From the IMG/VR virus record IMGVR_UViG_3300036770_008729, positions 217,115-281,114 of that record: a stretch of DNA of 64,000 nt. One strand, written 5' to 3'. Each line of letters starts with the position of its first letter. The first letter of the stretch is position 1. Of the stretch, positions 1 to 11,461 are shown in pieces. The position numbers and the translations under genes were made by a program. The notes beneath the pieces are model-generated. The model was not told the DNA's origin and did not search any database. It saw only the letters and a program-made list of their open reading frames with translations.

Positions 1-462
1 ATAAGGAAGTGCAAAATCATTATATCCTGATAATTTTCTAACTATTTTTTCAAAGTGCCAGATATAAAGACGGTGCCAAACTAAAAAGTGTAATTTTTCT
101 TTACCTGATGGAGTGTGAGTACAATTATCCCAACCATCCATTTTATCACCTACATTGTGATAAGCACCACACCATCGATTGTTTTTAATTGTATCAGGAA
201 CCCAGTGAATGGCACCTTGATAATACCAACTCAGGGGATCTTTACAATCTTTTTTTCTCATAATATCTAAAGCTTTGTTTAAGGCTAAAAGGTCGTTAAT
301 GGCTTCAGGTGAATTTGCATTTTTTCTTGTAAATCTTTGTTGTTCTGTTTGTTTCTCGTTATTACTACAAGAAAAAAGAAACATACTAAAAACGATTAAG
401 AAAAAGATAATAAGACCAATAAATAACTTTTTAAGGTCTTTGTAAGTAGTGAATCGATTCAT
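1..462 (-). CDS. Tyrosinase/polyphenol oxidase family protein with lipoprotein-like signal (3' end runs off window)
   Basis: Manual translation: MNRF...FLFSC SN...SWYYQGAIHW...DNCTH...HFLVWHRLYIWHFEKIVR...DFALPY; type-3 copper CuA signature. Absent from ORF track. Confidence 0.85.
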   Translation of the reverse strand, partial: MNRFTTYKDLKKLFIGLIIFFLIVFSMFLFSCSNNEKQTEQQRFTRKNANSPEAINDLLALNKALDIMRKKDCKDPLSWYYQGAIHWVPDTIKNNRWCGAYHNVGDKMDGWDNCTHTPSGKEKLHFLVWHRLYIWHFEKIVRKLSGYNDFALPY

Positions 463-550
463 TAATTTATTTTTTATTTTTTATATAAAAATAAAAACTT
501 TTGTTTTCAAGATAGAAAATTGGCAAAATAGATTTAATATATAATGAACT

Positions 551-2245
551 ATGAAATGGATTAAAACTAGAAAACAATTTTTGATAGAAGCTATCGAGGA
601 TGAAATATTCCCTAGACAAGCTGAAGCGATTAAAAGGACTTGGGGTGAAAAATATTTAAAAATGACCAAGCCTCCTGTATCAAATGAACTTAAAAAATAT
701 GAAGGTAAATGGAAATTATCCGAAGAAGATAAATTAAAAATGCTAGGATCCTTCTTTCAATGTGATATGAAGGTCATTTTTGATAATATTGCTAGTTTAC
801 CAGATAAGTTTTGTTATACGATTGCTCAATCAATTAGTATTCCACAAACTCCAGAGCCTGAAAAGTATGAAGTAGTTCTAAAAGACTTCAATATGAAAGA
901 ACCTTCTATTGACCAAATTGTAGCAATTTTTGATAACATTTTCCGAAAATTAAATGTTAATGAAACAATTAGTGATTCTATGATTCAAAAAGATGAATCC
1001 GGAAGACCAATTAGAGATTCAGAAGGACAGATGGTAAAGGTTGCAAAAGAAAAAGGATCTCCTATTTTTACTAATAGTTGCACTAACATTACTTCTTTCT
1101 GTGATGATTACAACAGATGTTATCCAGATGAAAAAGTAGATACAAATATTTTCACTGAAAATAATATAAAAAGTTTAAGAAACTTAGCAAAAGAAGATTG
1201 TAACGGTAAATTAAAAGTAGATTTTGAAATTTTTAACAAAGATCTTTACTTATCATTTTCTCACAATGAGAAGGACATATTAAATATGTCTATATCAAAG
1301 TTCTACAATTCTTGTCAAAATCTTTATGATGGAGGATACAGAGAACAATTATTAGGTAATATATTTGATCCTAACTCAGCTCCAGCATTTATGACATTTG
1401 ATACTCCTATTTTCTGGGGAGATGAAAAGGTATCAGATCAATTACCTCTTTCAAGAACAGTAATAAGAAATATTGAGAATTTTGATGGGTCTAGTCGAGG
1501 TATTTTCTTTGATAGAACTTATCCTGATAGATGTGAAAAAGTATTCAAAGAGTTATTAGTTAAGTATAGCAAAATGCAACAAACAATAACAGATAGAGAT
1601 TCTGTTACTTACTTATTTACACCAGACATCGATCCATCAGACACAGGAGTTAAAACTCCTTATATGGATAGATTAGGTGTTGATAGAAAACCAATGATTG
1701 GAGTAAATTGTAAAGCACTTTACTTATCAAGAGTAGGTGATTGGTCTGGTATAAAGATTTCACCAAATGCAAAGATTAAAGAATTAGTGGTTGAAACAAC
1801 CGAAATTCCTCAGAACTTATTTGACCTTAAATTAAACTTAGATTGGATTAAATTTAAGTATTTACATTTGAAAGATTTAAAACCATTTGGTGGTTTATTC
1901 ACTGATTCAGTTGCTTTTGATAAATGTAAATTAAAGAATGAAGTTCTTCAAGAAAGAAAAGAAACTAAGAAGTTACAATTAATCAGTTGTGACATCGATG
2001 CGATTGATTTGTCTGGTTTCTCTAAATTAGAAGAGTTACACTTATTGTTAACTTTAAAAGATATAGATGAACTTAAAAGAACACTTACAGGAACTAAACT
2101 AAAAAAGTTAGTTATCTCTGATGAAATATTAGGATTCTCTAAAAAAGATAGAAAAATGAGAATGTCTGAAGAAGCTTCTCAATTCATCGAAGGATTAAAA
2201 AGAACTGGTGTGTCAGTAGAAATAAAAGGAATTTATAATAAATAA
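551..2245 (+). CDS. Hypothetical protein, LRR-like C-terminal region, N-terminal tag family
   Basis: 564 aa; LxxLxL repeats (LSGFSKLEELHL); TAATATATA at 535-543. Confidence 0.6.
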   Translation: MKWIKTRKQFLIEAIEDEIFPRQAEAIKRTWGEKYLKMTKPPVSNELKKYEGKWKLSEEDKLKMLGSFFQCDMKVIFDNIASLPDKFCYTIAQSISIPQTPEPEKYEVVLKDFNMKEPSIDQIVAIFDNIFRKLNVNETISDSMIQKDESGRPIRDSEGQMVKVAKEKGSPIFTNSCTNITSFCDDYNRCYPDEKVDTNIFTENNIKSLRNLAKEDCNGKLKVDFEIFNKDLYLSFSHNEKDILNMSISKFYNSCQNLYDGGYREQLLGNIFDPNSAPAFMTFDTPIFWGDEKVSDQLPLSRTVIRNIENFDGSSRGIFFDRTYPDRCEKVFKELLVKYSKMQQTITDRDSVTYLFTPDIDPSDTGVKTPYMDRLGVDRKPMIGVNCKALYLSRVGDWSGIKISPNAKIKELVVETTEIPQNLFDLKLNLDWIKFKYLHLKDLKPFGGLFTDSVAFDKCKLKNEVLQERKETKKLQLISCDIDAIDLSGFSKLEELHLLLTLKDIDELKRTLTGTKLKKLVISDEILGFSKKDRKMRMSEEASQFIEGLKRTGVSVEIKGIYNK

Positions 2246-2246
2246 T

Positions 2247-3881
2247 ATGAAATATCTAAAACTATTTGAAGCTTTCGAATCGACTATATTAAGTAAAACT
2301 TTATCTTTCATCAAAGATGAAGAGTCTAAGAAACAATTCATGTTTGCACTAGACAAGATTTGTTCTACAATTGATTATCCTAAATCTGAGTTAAAAGATG
2401 AATACTTTCAATACTTATCATTTTACCCAGCACTTAAACTAAGTGCTAAAACAGGTGATGAACCTTGTGAAGCTTTATCACGTGATTCTTATCCAGACTA
2501 TGCAGTTGATGGGGCAAAGTGTAAAGGAGGTAAAGTATTAAGAAAGTGGGGAGCAAGAACAAGAGAAGTTGAATGTAGTATATGTAAAGGAACTGGTGTT
2601 AAACCAAAGAAACCTGAAATTAAGTTAGTTAAGTTTTGGTTTTCAACAGAAGGTAAATATATTGCTGTTACAGCAGTTGATGGCTTAATAAGAAACACAA
2701 CGACTTCATCAACCGCGAGAGGGTATTCTAAAGACTATCAAGATTATATAGTAGTTAACACCACTGAAGATTCTAGAGAACTACAAACTGGAATGATAGT
2801 TAGAGTTACTATTAATGGAAGACCTACTATTTGTTATATTGTTAAAGATAGAAATACTTATCCATATGCAATACAAGATGAACACAGTGGATCCACACCA
2901 GATAACATACCTTCTAGAAACTGGAGGAATTTTGGACATAGTTCTTGGCACTTATCAAGAGGTGAATACAGAGGAACAATTGAAATACTTGAACCAAAAA
3001 GTAAAGAAGAGGTTATTGTAGAACCAAATCCTTATACTTGGAATGCAACGCTTAGCTTATCTGGTTATTCAGGTATGAAAGTAGATATTTATTCTGATGT
3101 TCAAGAAAAAATTAAGGATGCAAACTTTGCTATTGTTTTAGATTTCGGTAAGATGAAACAATCAGAATTCAAAACTACTTATTCAACGAGAAGTGAAAGA
3201 GAAGAATCTAGAACTGGTGCATTAGCATTAGAGAAACCTGAAGATATAAAAGCAACTAACATTGAAAGATATATTAAAAGTTTATCTGATAAAGTTGCAA
3301 GTGGAGATGAATTAACAAAAGTAACAAGAGTTATTCCAAGATTAATGGGTGGAAGAAATATTTTGCTTTATATTGGTATGAATAGAAATCTTTCAACTAT
3401 TGATAGTTTAGCTACACGACTTTATAGATTTATTACAGAAGATGAGGACAATAAAGAATACAATGCAAGAGAAATAGTAGCAACAATAAAAAACTCATAC
3501 AAACAAAATCTACAATTTACTACTGATTTAAATGAAGTTTTAGATGAAGTAAGAAAACAATTACAAAAACCAGGAAAAGAAGCTTATTTATCAACATTTG
3601 ACAAAATGTTAGAGATATCACAAAAGATAAATGATAAAGTATTTTCAACAGAAGTTAAATCTATTGAAGATATTGAATACATCTATCAAAAATTGAGGAC
3701 AATTCAAAATATGTTACAATCCAGTCGTAATCCAGCAAATAGATTGAGATACTTTATGGAAAGATTAAGTTATCTAACTACTGATAGATGTGTATCTAGA
3801 ATTTTAGAAATTGACCAAGATGAAATACCAAGTATAATTGAAGGTCTAGAATCAATTGGAAGATTTGTTGAGAGAGTTTAA
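2247..3881 (+). CDS. Hypothetical protein with MKYLKLFE tag and CxxCxGxG motif
   Basis: 544 aa; CSICKGTG DnaJ-type zinc motif. Confidence 0.6.
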   Translation: MKYLKLFEAFESTILSKTLSFIKDEESKKQFMFALDKICSTIDYPKSELKDEYFQYLSFYPALKLSAKTGDEPCEALSRDSYPDYAVDGAKCKGGKVLRKWGARTREVECSICKGTGVKPKKPEIKLVKFWFSTEGKYIAVTAVDGLIRNTTTSSTARGYSKDYQDYIVVNTTEDSRELQTGMIVRVTINGRPTICYIVKDRNTYPYAIQDEHSGSTPDNIPSRNWRNFGHSSWHLSRGEYRGTIEILEPKSKEEVIVEPNPYTWNATLSLSGYSGMKVDIYSDVQEKIKDANFAIVLDFGKMKQSEFKTTYSTRSEREESRTGALALEKPEDIKATNIERYIKSLSDKVASGDELTKVTRVIPRLMGGRNILLYIGMNRNLSTIDSLATRLYRFITEDEDNKEYNAREIVATIKNSYKQNLQFTTDLNEVLDEVRKQLQKPGKEAYLSTFDKMLEISQKINDKVFSTEVKSIEDIEYIYQKLRTIQNMLQSSRNPANRLRYFMERLSYLTTDRCVSRILEIDQDEIPSIIEGLESIGRFVERV

Positions 3882-3882
3882 A

Positions 3883-4476
3883 TTATTTTTTAATACCCCA
3901 AAAATATAAATCACAATGGTTATACTCAATTTCAAACTCGTATGAGGAAAAAATATCATCTACTTTTATACATTCTCGTATATCATTTTCAGTAACATTT
4001 TTGTAATATTCAGAATCCCAATTTTCACGAAATACATTAGGCATAGTTACCCAACTAGTCGTTGTATTACCTTGAGATGTAATTTGTTTTTCCCTATCTA
4101 TAGCGTCTTGTGTTTTTGTACCATGTACTGGTCTACCTGTTGTAGCACAAGTAAAAATAAAATAACCACCAGATTTTAACATTCTTACGGCATTTTGAAT
4201 ACTTTCCTTATAAAACGGATTATGTTCCCAACATTCACAAGATATTATAGTATCAAAAGTTTCGTTTGGTGCATCATATTCATTTGCCGGACATACAACA
4301 TCAACACCTTTACCTGGACCTATATCCAATCCGATAAAATCACAGTTATCAAACCACGGCTTTTCATTACCATTAACGTCAAAAGAACCTATGTCTAAAA
4401 CTTTTCTATTTTTAAAAGCATCTGGAAATTTATTTTTTAGTTTATTCAAATATTCTTTTTGTTCTTTATGTGCCAT
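3883..4476 (-). CDS. Class I SAM-dependent methyltransferase
   Basis: VLDIGS motif I, FDTIISCECWEH, LKSGG. Confidence 0.85.
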   Translation of the reverse strand: MAHKEQKEYLNKLKNKFPDAFKNRKVLDIGSFDVNGNEKPWFDNCDFIGLDIGPGKGVDVVCPANEYDAPNETFDTIISCECWEHNPFYKESIQNAVRMLKSGGYFIFTCATTGRPVHGTKTQDAIDREKQITSQGNTTTSWVTMPNVFRENWDSEYYKNVTENDIRECIKVDDIFSSYEFEIEYNHCDLYFWGIKK

Positions 4477-4570
4477 ATTAAAAATCTATTTTTTATTTTT
4501 TAAGTTACAAAATCAGATTTTAAATAACTTTAAAAGTGCTTAATAAAAGGACAAATTATATTCAAATTTT

Positions 4571-4954
4571 TTAATTTAGTTTATTGCACTTTAATTTCAT
4601 TAAGTCAATTTTTTTGAAATAGGTCACAACCATAGAAAGATTTTCACTTAACTCATATTGAGTCATATCCTTTTTTGTAGTAAAGATAAACTGATTTAAA
4701 GTCTGATTGAAACTTACATCCGACTTAAATAAATCTCTTATGTTAGCCGTAACATCTTCTTTTATGTAAGAACCATTTTGAATAAACTCAACTCTATATT
4801 GAAAAAAACTTCCAATAGAATCAACCAAAGCGGTTTCTTCTGTTTGTAAATATTCAACATCTAAAACTTCTTCTGTTTGAACAGAGTCTTTATTTTGAGA
4901 AAATAGTTGAGAAAATCCAACTGCTAATAAAATTGTAAATAAATATTTTTTCAT
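4571..4954 (-). CDS. Secreted hypothetical protein
   Basis: Signal peptide ending FSQ; TATATTTG directly upstream. Confidence 0.6.
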   Translation of the reverse strand: MKKYLFTILLAVGFSQLFSQNKDSVQTEEVLDVEYLQTEETALVDSIGSFFQYRVEFIQNGSYIKEDVTANIRDLFKSDVSFNQTLNQFIFTTKKDMTQYELSENLSMVVTYFKKIDLMKLKCNKLN

Positions 4955-5013
4955 AACACAAATATAATAAAAATATTTAATATATAAAAAAACTTTACAA
5001 ATAAAGGCTTTCC

Positions 5014-5322
5014 GTGAGAAATATTTTTCTTTTGATATTCATCTTTTTCTCATCTGTTTTTTTCTCTCAGAGCATAGGTGGTAAATTAAAAGAAGTTCAA
5101 AACCAACATAAATTAAAGAAGACTATCCTAAAAGCAGGTTGGAGGACCAGAGTCAATCAACCAAACTACTTTAGAAGAACTGAACCAGATAGAACTCTTT
5201 TCTTTAGATTTAGAAGTGCTAATGGTAAAAGATATGATAAGTTGCAAAAGAAGATTAATAAAAGGAGAACAAAAATGAGATTAAGAGGAAGAAATCAATT
5301 TCATAAAAGAAAATATACCTAA
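5014..5322 (+). CDS. Basic secreted hypothetical protein
   Basis: Signal-like N-terminus, K/R-rich. Confidence 0.5.
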   Translation: MRNIFLLIFIFFSSVFFSQSIGGKLKEVQNQHKLKKTILKAGWRTRVNQPNYFRRTEPDRTLFFRFRSANGKRYDKLQKKINKRRTKMRLRGRNQFHKRKYT

Positions 5323-5359
5323 GATTTTTAATATATACAAAAAAAGAAATTACTACGAT

Positions 5360-5584
5360 ATGAGTAAAATAATGAAATTCGATGCTTACTTTGAATGTGA
5401 AGAGTGGAAACTTAAACAGATGAAAAGAAGCACAAAACCTAACTCTTCTGATGAACAACAACACATCGGTAATAGAAAGTGGAAATATAACATTATTACT
5501 AAAAAGTATGATGATTTAAGTCCTGCTGAAGTAGATGATAAGATTCAAGCTATCGAAGATTGGGAAGAAGAAAATAAGAAATAA
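5360..5584 (+). CDS. Hypothetical protein
   Basis: TAATATATA upstream, terminator downstream. Confidence 0.6.
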   Translation: MSKIMKFDAYFECEEWKLKQMKRSTKPNSSDEQQHIGNRKWKYNIITKKYDDLSPAEVDDKIQAIEDWEEENKK

Positions 5585-5613
5585 AAAAACCTCAGAGAAA
5601 TCTGAGGTTTTTT
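5585..5613 (+). terminator. Intrinsic terminator
   Basis: AAAAACCTCAGA-GAAA-TCTGAGGTTTTT. Confidence 0.8.
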
Positions 5614-5651
5614 CGTTAAAACTTATACCAGTTATCTAAATATAACACTTT

Positions 5652-7277
5652 ATGAAAAAACTGCTTTATATCACACCACATCTTTCAACTGGTGGGCTTC
5701 CACAGTATCTACTTAAGAAAATAGAAACATTCAATAATCAATTCGAAATCTGGTGCATTGAATGGTCTAACATAAGTGACCACTTTATAGTACAAAAAAA
5801 TAAAATTAAGCACATCTTAGGTAATAAATTAATAACATTAGGTAAAGATAAATTTGAATCATTAAACATTATTGGTCAAATTAATCCAGATATAATTCAT
5901 ATTGAAGAAATACCAGAAACATTTATTGATTCAAAAATCTTAGACATCATTTACAGAGATGATAGAAATTACAGCATTGTTGTAACAACTCATTCATCTA
6001 ATACTAAACCAGGAAGTATTAAATATACGGCTGATAAATTTATATTAGTATCAGAGTGGAGTAAAGGTGTATTTGATAATATATTCAAAGGAAGTATTCC
6101 ATGTGAGGTATGGGAATATCCTGTTATAAAGGTTGACTATGATAAGGATAAGGTTAAAGAAGAATTAGGATTTGATAAAGAATATAAACATATTTTAAAT
6201 GTTGGTTTATTTACTCCTGGTAAAAATCAAAAACATATAATAGAACTGGCTAGACTTTGTGTAAATGAAAAGATTAAATTTCACTTTGTGGGAAATCAAG
6301 CTGATAATTTCAAAGATTATTGGGAACCTCTAATAGATAATCTACCAGAGAACTGTATATTACACGGTGAAAGAGATGATGTTGATAAGTTCTATATGGC
6401 TAGTGATTTATTTTATTTTCCATCATTATGGGAACTTAATCCAATATCTATAAAAGAAGCTCTTAGTTTTGGTCTTCCGATTTTCACCAAAGACTTAGAA
6501 ACATATCCTAAATACAAAGAGTCTAAATACATAACAGATAATGTATCAGTAAATAAAAATATGATATTAGAGCATTTTGGAATCACTATTGAAAATGATT
6601 CAATTTGTTTAGTTATGGCACATGCTGATACAAATTATAGAAAGAAGTTATTAAATGAATGTTTAAGTTCTATTAATCTACCGGTTGTTTTATCTACAAA
6701 CTATCCAGTAAGTGAAGAAAATCAATTATTATGTGATTATTATATTTATAACAAAAATAACCCCCTATTATATAAAGAAGAATATAGTAAATATAATGTA
6801 TTTTATAACTATTGGTATTTAGATAATAATGGAAATAAGATAACAAAACCATTTGAATTTGAGCATGGTTATGCCGCTTACTCTCTAATAAGAGATGGTT
6901 TAGAGTTTATAGAAAAACTCGGTTATAAAAAAGTTCACATCATAAACTATGATTATCAAATATCAAATAAAACACTTAATGATAATTCTAAATCTTTAGA
7001 TAATTGTGATATTATTGTTTACCAACAACTTGAAGAAAACTATGAAGCTGGATTTATATCATCTAAAATAGACCACATATTACCATTTTTTACCAAATTC
7101 AAAAGCAGAGAATCTTATTATAAATCAGGTGAACCATTTAATATTTTAGAAATAAAGTTAAAAAAATATATAGATGCTCAAAATTCAAATATATCTAAAA
7201 GACCGTTTGATTCACTAAAAGAATATAATAAAGTAAATCAAGAAGGACTCCTTCAATTTTCAAAATCAAAAGAATAA
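5652..7277 (+). CDS. GT4-family glycosyltransferase fused to a second domain
   Basis: PHLSTGG, KNQ, DLFYFPSLWELNPISIKEA. Confidence 0.85.
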   Translation: MKKLLYITPHLSTGGLPQYLLKKIETFNNQFEIWCIEWSNISDHFIVQKNKIKHILGNKLITLGKDKFESLNIIGQINPDIIHIEEIPETFIDSKILDIIYRDDRNYSIVVTTHSSNTKPGSIKYTADKFILVSEWSKGVFDNIFKGSIPCEVWEYPVIKVDYDKDKVKEELGFDKEYKHILNVGLFTPGKNQKHIIELARLCVNEKIKFHFVGNQADNFKDYWEPLIDNLPENCILHGERDDVDKFYMASDLFYFPSLWELNPISIKEALSFGLPIFTKDLETYPKYKESKYITDNVSVNKNMILEHFGITIENDSICLVMAHADTNYRKKLLNECLSSINLPVVLSTNYPVSEENQLLCDYYIYNKNNPLLYKEEYSKYNVFYNYWYLDNNGNKITKPFEFEHGYAAYSLIRDGLEFIEKLGYKKVHIINYDYQISNKTLNDNSKSLDNCDIIVYQQLEENYEAGFISSKIDHILPFFTKFKSRESYYKSGEPFNILEIKLKKYIDAQNSNISKRPFDSLKEYNKVNQEGLLQFSKSKE

Positions 7278-7320
7278 TTTATCATAATAACGAAGATTGA
7301 TTATGAAAAAAGATATTCAG

Positions 7321-8004
7321 TCATTCCTCAATAGACTTTCTTAGTTCTGTTATCTTTTCAACAATTATCCTACGTTCTTGAAATTTTCTTTTACGATATT
7401 GAAGTAAATTATCTTCAAGCTCTTTTTTGTTTCCTTTACTTTCGTTACGCATGGCTAAGTTGAAATAATGAGCAGCTAAGTCATCACTAATATCAGAAAA
7501 CTCTAATTTTAGAAAAAATATCTTTATTTTTATATTCAATGTTTTTATCCATTTCATTTGCTTATCAATAGTTCCTCGAGCTTTTTTATTAAATCTTTAT
7601 CTTTTAATTCTCTCCACTCGGTTCCATATTTTTCCCATCTATCTTTAATCTTTTTGTAAGCGCAAAAATGACCAGAACCATCTTCAACATATAGTATTTT
7701 GTATGACACTTCTTCAATCCTTAGTAGTTTCATGATTCTTTTTTTCTTTTTTAATACCATCAAAAATACCAGATATAGTCATACTTAAACCCAAACTAAT
7801 TGGTATTGTAAATTCTGGATAATGATAAAACGGTCTAACATTACCTCTAAGTAAATAAGGATGAAGTGAAAACCCAGCCCCAACTAAACACATGCCAGTA
7901 ACTATTTTAAATTCTGATTTTTCCACATAAACGGATTGTGGAATTTGTTGACTGAAACTCATCTGTAGTCTTAAAAAGAAAAGTAAAAAAAGAAACCATT
8001 TCAT
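7321..8004 (-). CDS. Three small hypothetical ORFs (7321-7557, 7554-7763, 7714-~8004 membrane protein)
   Basis: Overlapping stop/start arrangement. Confidence 0.5.
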
Positions 8005-8019
8005 ATGATATATATTATA

Positions 8020-9221
8020 ATGAAAAGTTCTATAAAAACAAAAAAAGAACATATAGATATAAAGTTCTTAAGAATGAGATTAGAACAATTAATTCATATT
8101 GAAGAATATGAAACTTGTGCAAGAATCCATAAATGGATTGAAGAATTAAAAAAACACCATGATACAATTAAAAACAATCAGAGAAATTGATGATAAAACC
8201 AACGAAGGTAAATTACTGATAGCTGCTCTCGCCATACTTACATCTCTGCAACAAGAAGACATTAAAAATAATATTTGGGGAGGATCGGTCAATCCAGACC
8301 AAGGTTTATCTCAATTGAAAGATTTAGCAAACAAAATCTATTTTGAAAAAGAATGGAAAGCAGAAGAAAAATCCAAAGAAAGGAATAGAAAAATAGAACA
8401 AGTAATAAATGATAGACTTTAATGAACTCAAATTCAAAGATTATAAAACCGTTACATTTAGAGGAATTGATATAGATGTATCTGCTGAATTATTACAAGA
8501 TATAAATGCGGGAACTCAACCACTATCATTACTTGAAAGAATAATAACTCAAGAATACAATAGGTTACTGCCAGTTATAAGAAATAAAAAAATTGACTCT
8601 ATATTAGATGCGACTAATTGATAAGATAGAATCCACGGAATTTCAATTCTTACTTTTTGTATTTGAGCACTATAAAAAATCAAAGAAAAAATACATTAAG
8701 ATAACATCGGATAGAGATTTCAAATTATCATCTCTTCTTCAAAAATCGGATGACTATAATCTAATTGTTACTAAATACAATAATCTAATAAATCTAATCA
8801 ACTCATTAAAAATAGACAATTTGGATATACCAACACTTAACATTGTTGGAAATACAATTGATGAGTTTGATAAGTTAATCTATGAGATATGTTACAAACA
8901 CAAGATTCTAATTGAAGATCCTGATGATTTGCCTTTTTAGTATAGCAAAAAATTGGTTTAAGTGTGGAAAATTATCAAGATAAATTGACATCAAAGAAAT
9001 GGAATATAAATGCTGAAATGGGTTTCATTGAGGTGGGTATAAACTTTTTTATCGGTCTTAAAATACTCAGTATAACTACACATGACATTCAAATTGATTT
9101 CATTTTATTACATTTAGAAACAGAAGAAGGAAAGTTTATTATAGATAGTAAAGATTGGCAAGAAATACAATCAATTCTTAGAACAATAAAAATTGAAGAA
9201 CTATTGAATAAAAAATCATAA
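8020..9221 (+). CDS. Operon of five small ORFs (first UVR-domain-like; three with C-terminal RxxKIxxL tag)
   Basis: EEYETCARI in first ORF; ERNRKIEQVI, IRNKKIDSIL, LRTIKIEELL. Confidence 0.6.
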
Positions 9222-9569
9222 TACCCAGTCTCTCTTAGATTCATCCCATTGCCATCTATCACCACCTGGATGAGGAACCGGTGGTTCCCAAAGACAAGTG
9301 AATTCATTTAATAACCAAGAATCATAAATCTTAGGCGGTATAAATGCATCACGAACCTCATCATAAGTGTAACCAACACCAGCAAAGTTTTTTCTAAATG
9401 GAATACCATTAAGAATATGAACTCCCCCTCTTGTATTATACGAGGTCTTTTTCCAAAAACCTCCTAAAATTTCCGAATATATTTGTTCACCAGTATTCTC
9501 ATATTCATCACCAGCAACAATCACTTGTAAAACCAAACCACTATTATCTATCTGTGCAAAATGTGCCAT
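9216..9569 (-). CDS. Conserved small phage protein (MAHFA...TSYN...FAGxGxTY), partner of Gly-rich protein
   Basis: Paralog of 43320-43676. Confidence 0.7.
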   Translation of the reverse strand: MAHFAQIDNSGLVLQVIVAGDEYENTGEQIYSEILGGFWKKTSYNTRGGVHILNGIPFRKNFAGVGYTYDEVRDAFIPPKIYDSWLLNEFTCLWEPPVPHPGGDRWQWDESKRDWVL

Positions 9570-9584
9570 ATACTATTTTAATAT

Positions 9585-10433
9585 TTATAATCTTATTGTT
9601 CCTGCTCCTGCTTTAAATCTATAAACCCTAAATCCACTTCTTGTTGGTGTATCATATGTTAAACCAACTCCTATTGTTAAAGCAGGATAAATATCAGGAT
9701 AAGCAACAATTACAACACCAGAACCACCATTACCAGACAAACTACCAGCATGTAAATTACCACCACCAGCACCTCCTCCAGTATTAGTCTGACCATTTTT
9801 TGTAGGATCTACAAACGTATCATTTCCAGAACCACCTGTTCCACCACCACCTGTTCCACCTGGACCAGCTCCACCACCACCTCCACCACCAGAGTAGTAA
9901 AGAGTTTGACCGGTGATAGAAGACTGAGTTCCAATACCTCCAACACCACCAACATAGATTATTGTATTATTACCACCAGGTCCACCAGCACCACCACCGC
10001 CACCGCCAGCATTTATAACAGCACTTCCCCCACCAAAACCTTGACCAGGAATTCCACTAGCAGCCGAATATGCTGGTGGACACCAATGAGCACCACCACC
10101 ACCAGAACCACCAGAATTAGCGTTGTAAAGTAAACCAGAACAAGGTGCTCCAGCTCCATAACCTCCACCAGTCGCAGTCAATCCAAAACACCCAGAATTA
10201 CTACCATTAGAAGGAAAAGAACTTCTACTAACACCACCAGACCCACCAGCACCAATACTAACAATGTAGTTTATATCTTTAGTCATTTGAAAACTACCAG
10301 TTCTCAATCCACCAGCACCTCCGCCACCACCAGAACCAGCACCACCACCAGCACCTCCAGCAACAACTAAGTATTCAACTAAAAACTGTACTAGTGTTGG
10401 ATTTCTCAATATACCAATAGTAGATCTAATCAT
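9585..10433 (-). CDS. Glycine-rich putative virion/fibre protein
   Basis: VEYLVVAGGAGGG...GGSGVVIV; paralog of 42473-43315. Confidence 0.7.
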   Translation of the reverse strand: MIRSTIGILRNPTLVQFLVEYLVVAGGAGGGAGSGGGGGAGGLRTGSFQMTKDINYIVSIGAGGSGGVSRSSFPSNGSNSGCFGLTATGGGYGAGAPCSGLLYNANSGGSGGGGAHWCPPAYSAASGIPGQGFGGGSAVINAGGGGGGAGGPGGNNTIIYVGGVGGIGTQSSITGQTLYYSGGGGGGGAGPGGTGGGGTGGSGNDTFVDPTKNGQTNTGGGAGGGNLHAGSLSGNGGSGVVIVAYPDIYPALTIGVGLTYDTPTRSGFRVYRFKAGAGTIRL

Positions 10434-10528
10434 ATAATAAAATTGAAGAATTAATTAATTTATGTCTTTAGGTATATATTATTTTTCATTTTTTAAACTT
10501 CTCAGTATATTTATATTAAAAAACTATT

Positions 10529-11218
10529 ATGAAATCAATTAGAAGACAATTCAGTATTGAATATTTAGGACATAACTACCCTAAACTTACCATTGAAATA
10601 ACTCACTTAAAACTCAGGAAAAAATATCAATTAATAATTGATAACCCTACCATACTCGATAACATAGATAATATTATAAACGACTATCTTTACCAAATAC
10701 AAAAAGACATAAGAGAAGATTTGATAAATAACTTTATATGAAAATCTTCAACATTAATACACAAGAAGGACCAATCTCTGTTAGTGTTAAGTTCTTCCAA
10801 GATTTAACCGAATACGAAATTATGGATTTAGGTGATACCATTTTCATTAAAGACCTTAGAAAAAACCCAATTTCTAAAAGATTTATGTTTAGTATGGCAA
10901 CAACAGAATGGAAAGAAGTTCAAATGGAAATTAGAGATAATAAAATAGAAGACTTGTTAAATGGACATTAGAAAATATTCACTCTACTATTTCGATAAAT
11001 GTAAAAACAACTTACCACACGGTGCAGAACTTGTTTCTATCTCACTAAACGGAAGACCTTATAATAACCAAATACCTCAATTCGGAGATATCGTGACACT
11101 TTACTATAAATATGGAAAAACTAAACTAAATCAATCTAAAAGAGCTCACTTCGAATACATTTGGGGTCAACTACAACAGGAAGATAGAAACAGAAAAATA
11201 GACCAACTATTTGACTAA
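10529..11218 (+). CDS. Three small ORFs with C-terminal tag
   Basis: IREDLINNF, IRDNKIEDLL, DRNRKIDQLF. Confidence 0.6.
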
Positions 11219-11461
11219 GTTAAATAAATCTTCTTTTGAAATCGGCTTAATCAAAAGACCAATCATGTTCGTCTTTTTCATTAAATTCTTTTCTTGAAAT
11301 ATCTTATCAACTCAAATACCAAATGAGCCGGCCAAATACTAATTATTAAAAGTGAAGCAATAACATTACTCTCACTAATCTTATTCTTTAATACTAACCA
11401 ATTAATCCACAGGCCTCCACAAAGTAAGTAAAGACTCCATACTAACCAAAATACTAACATA

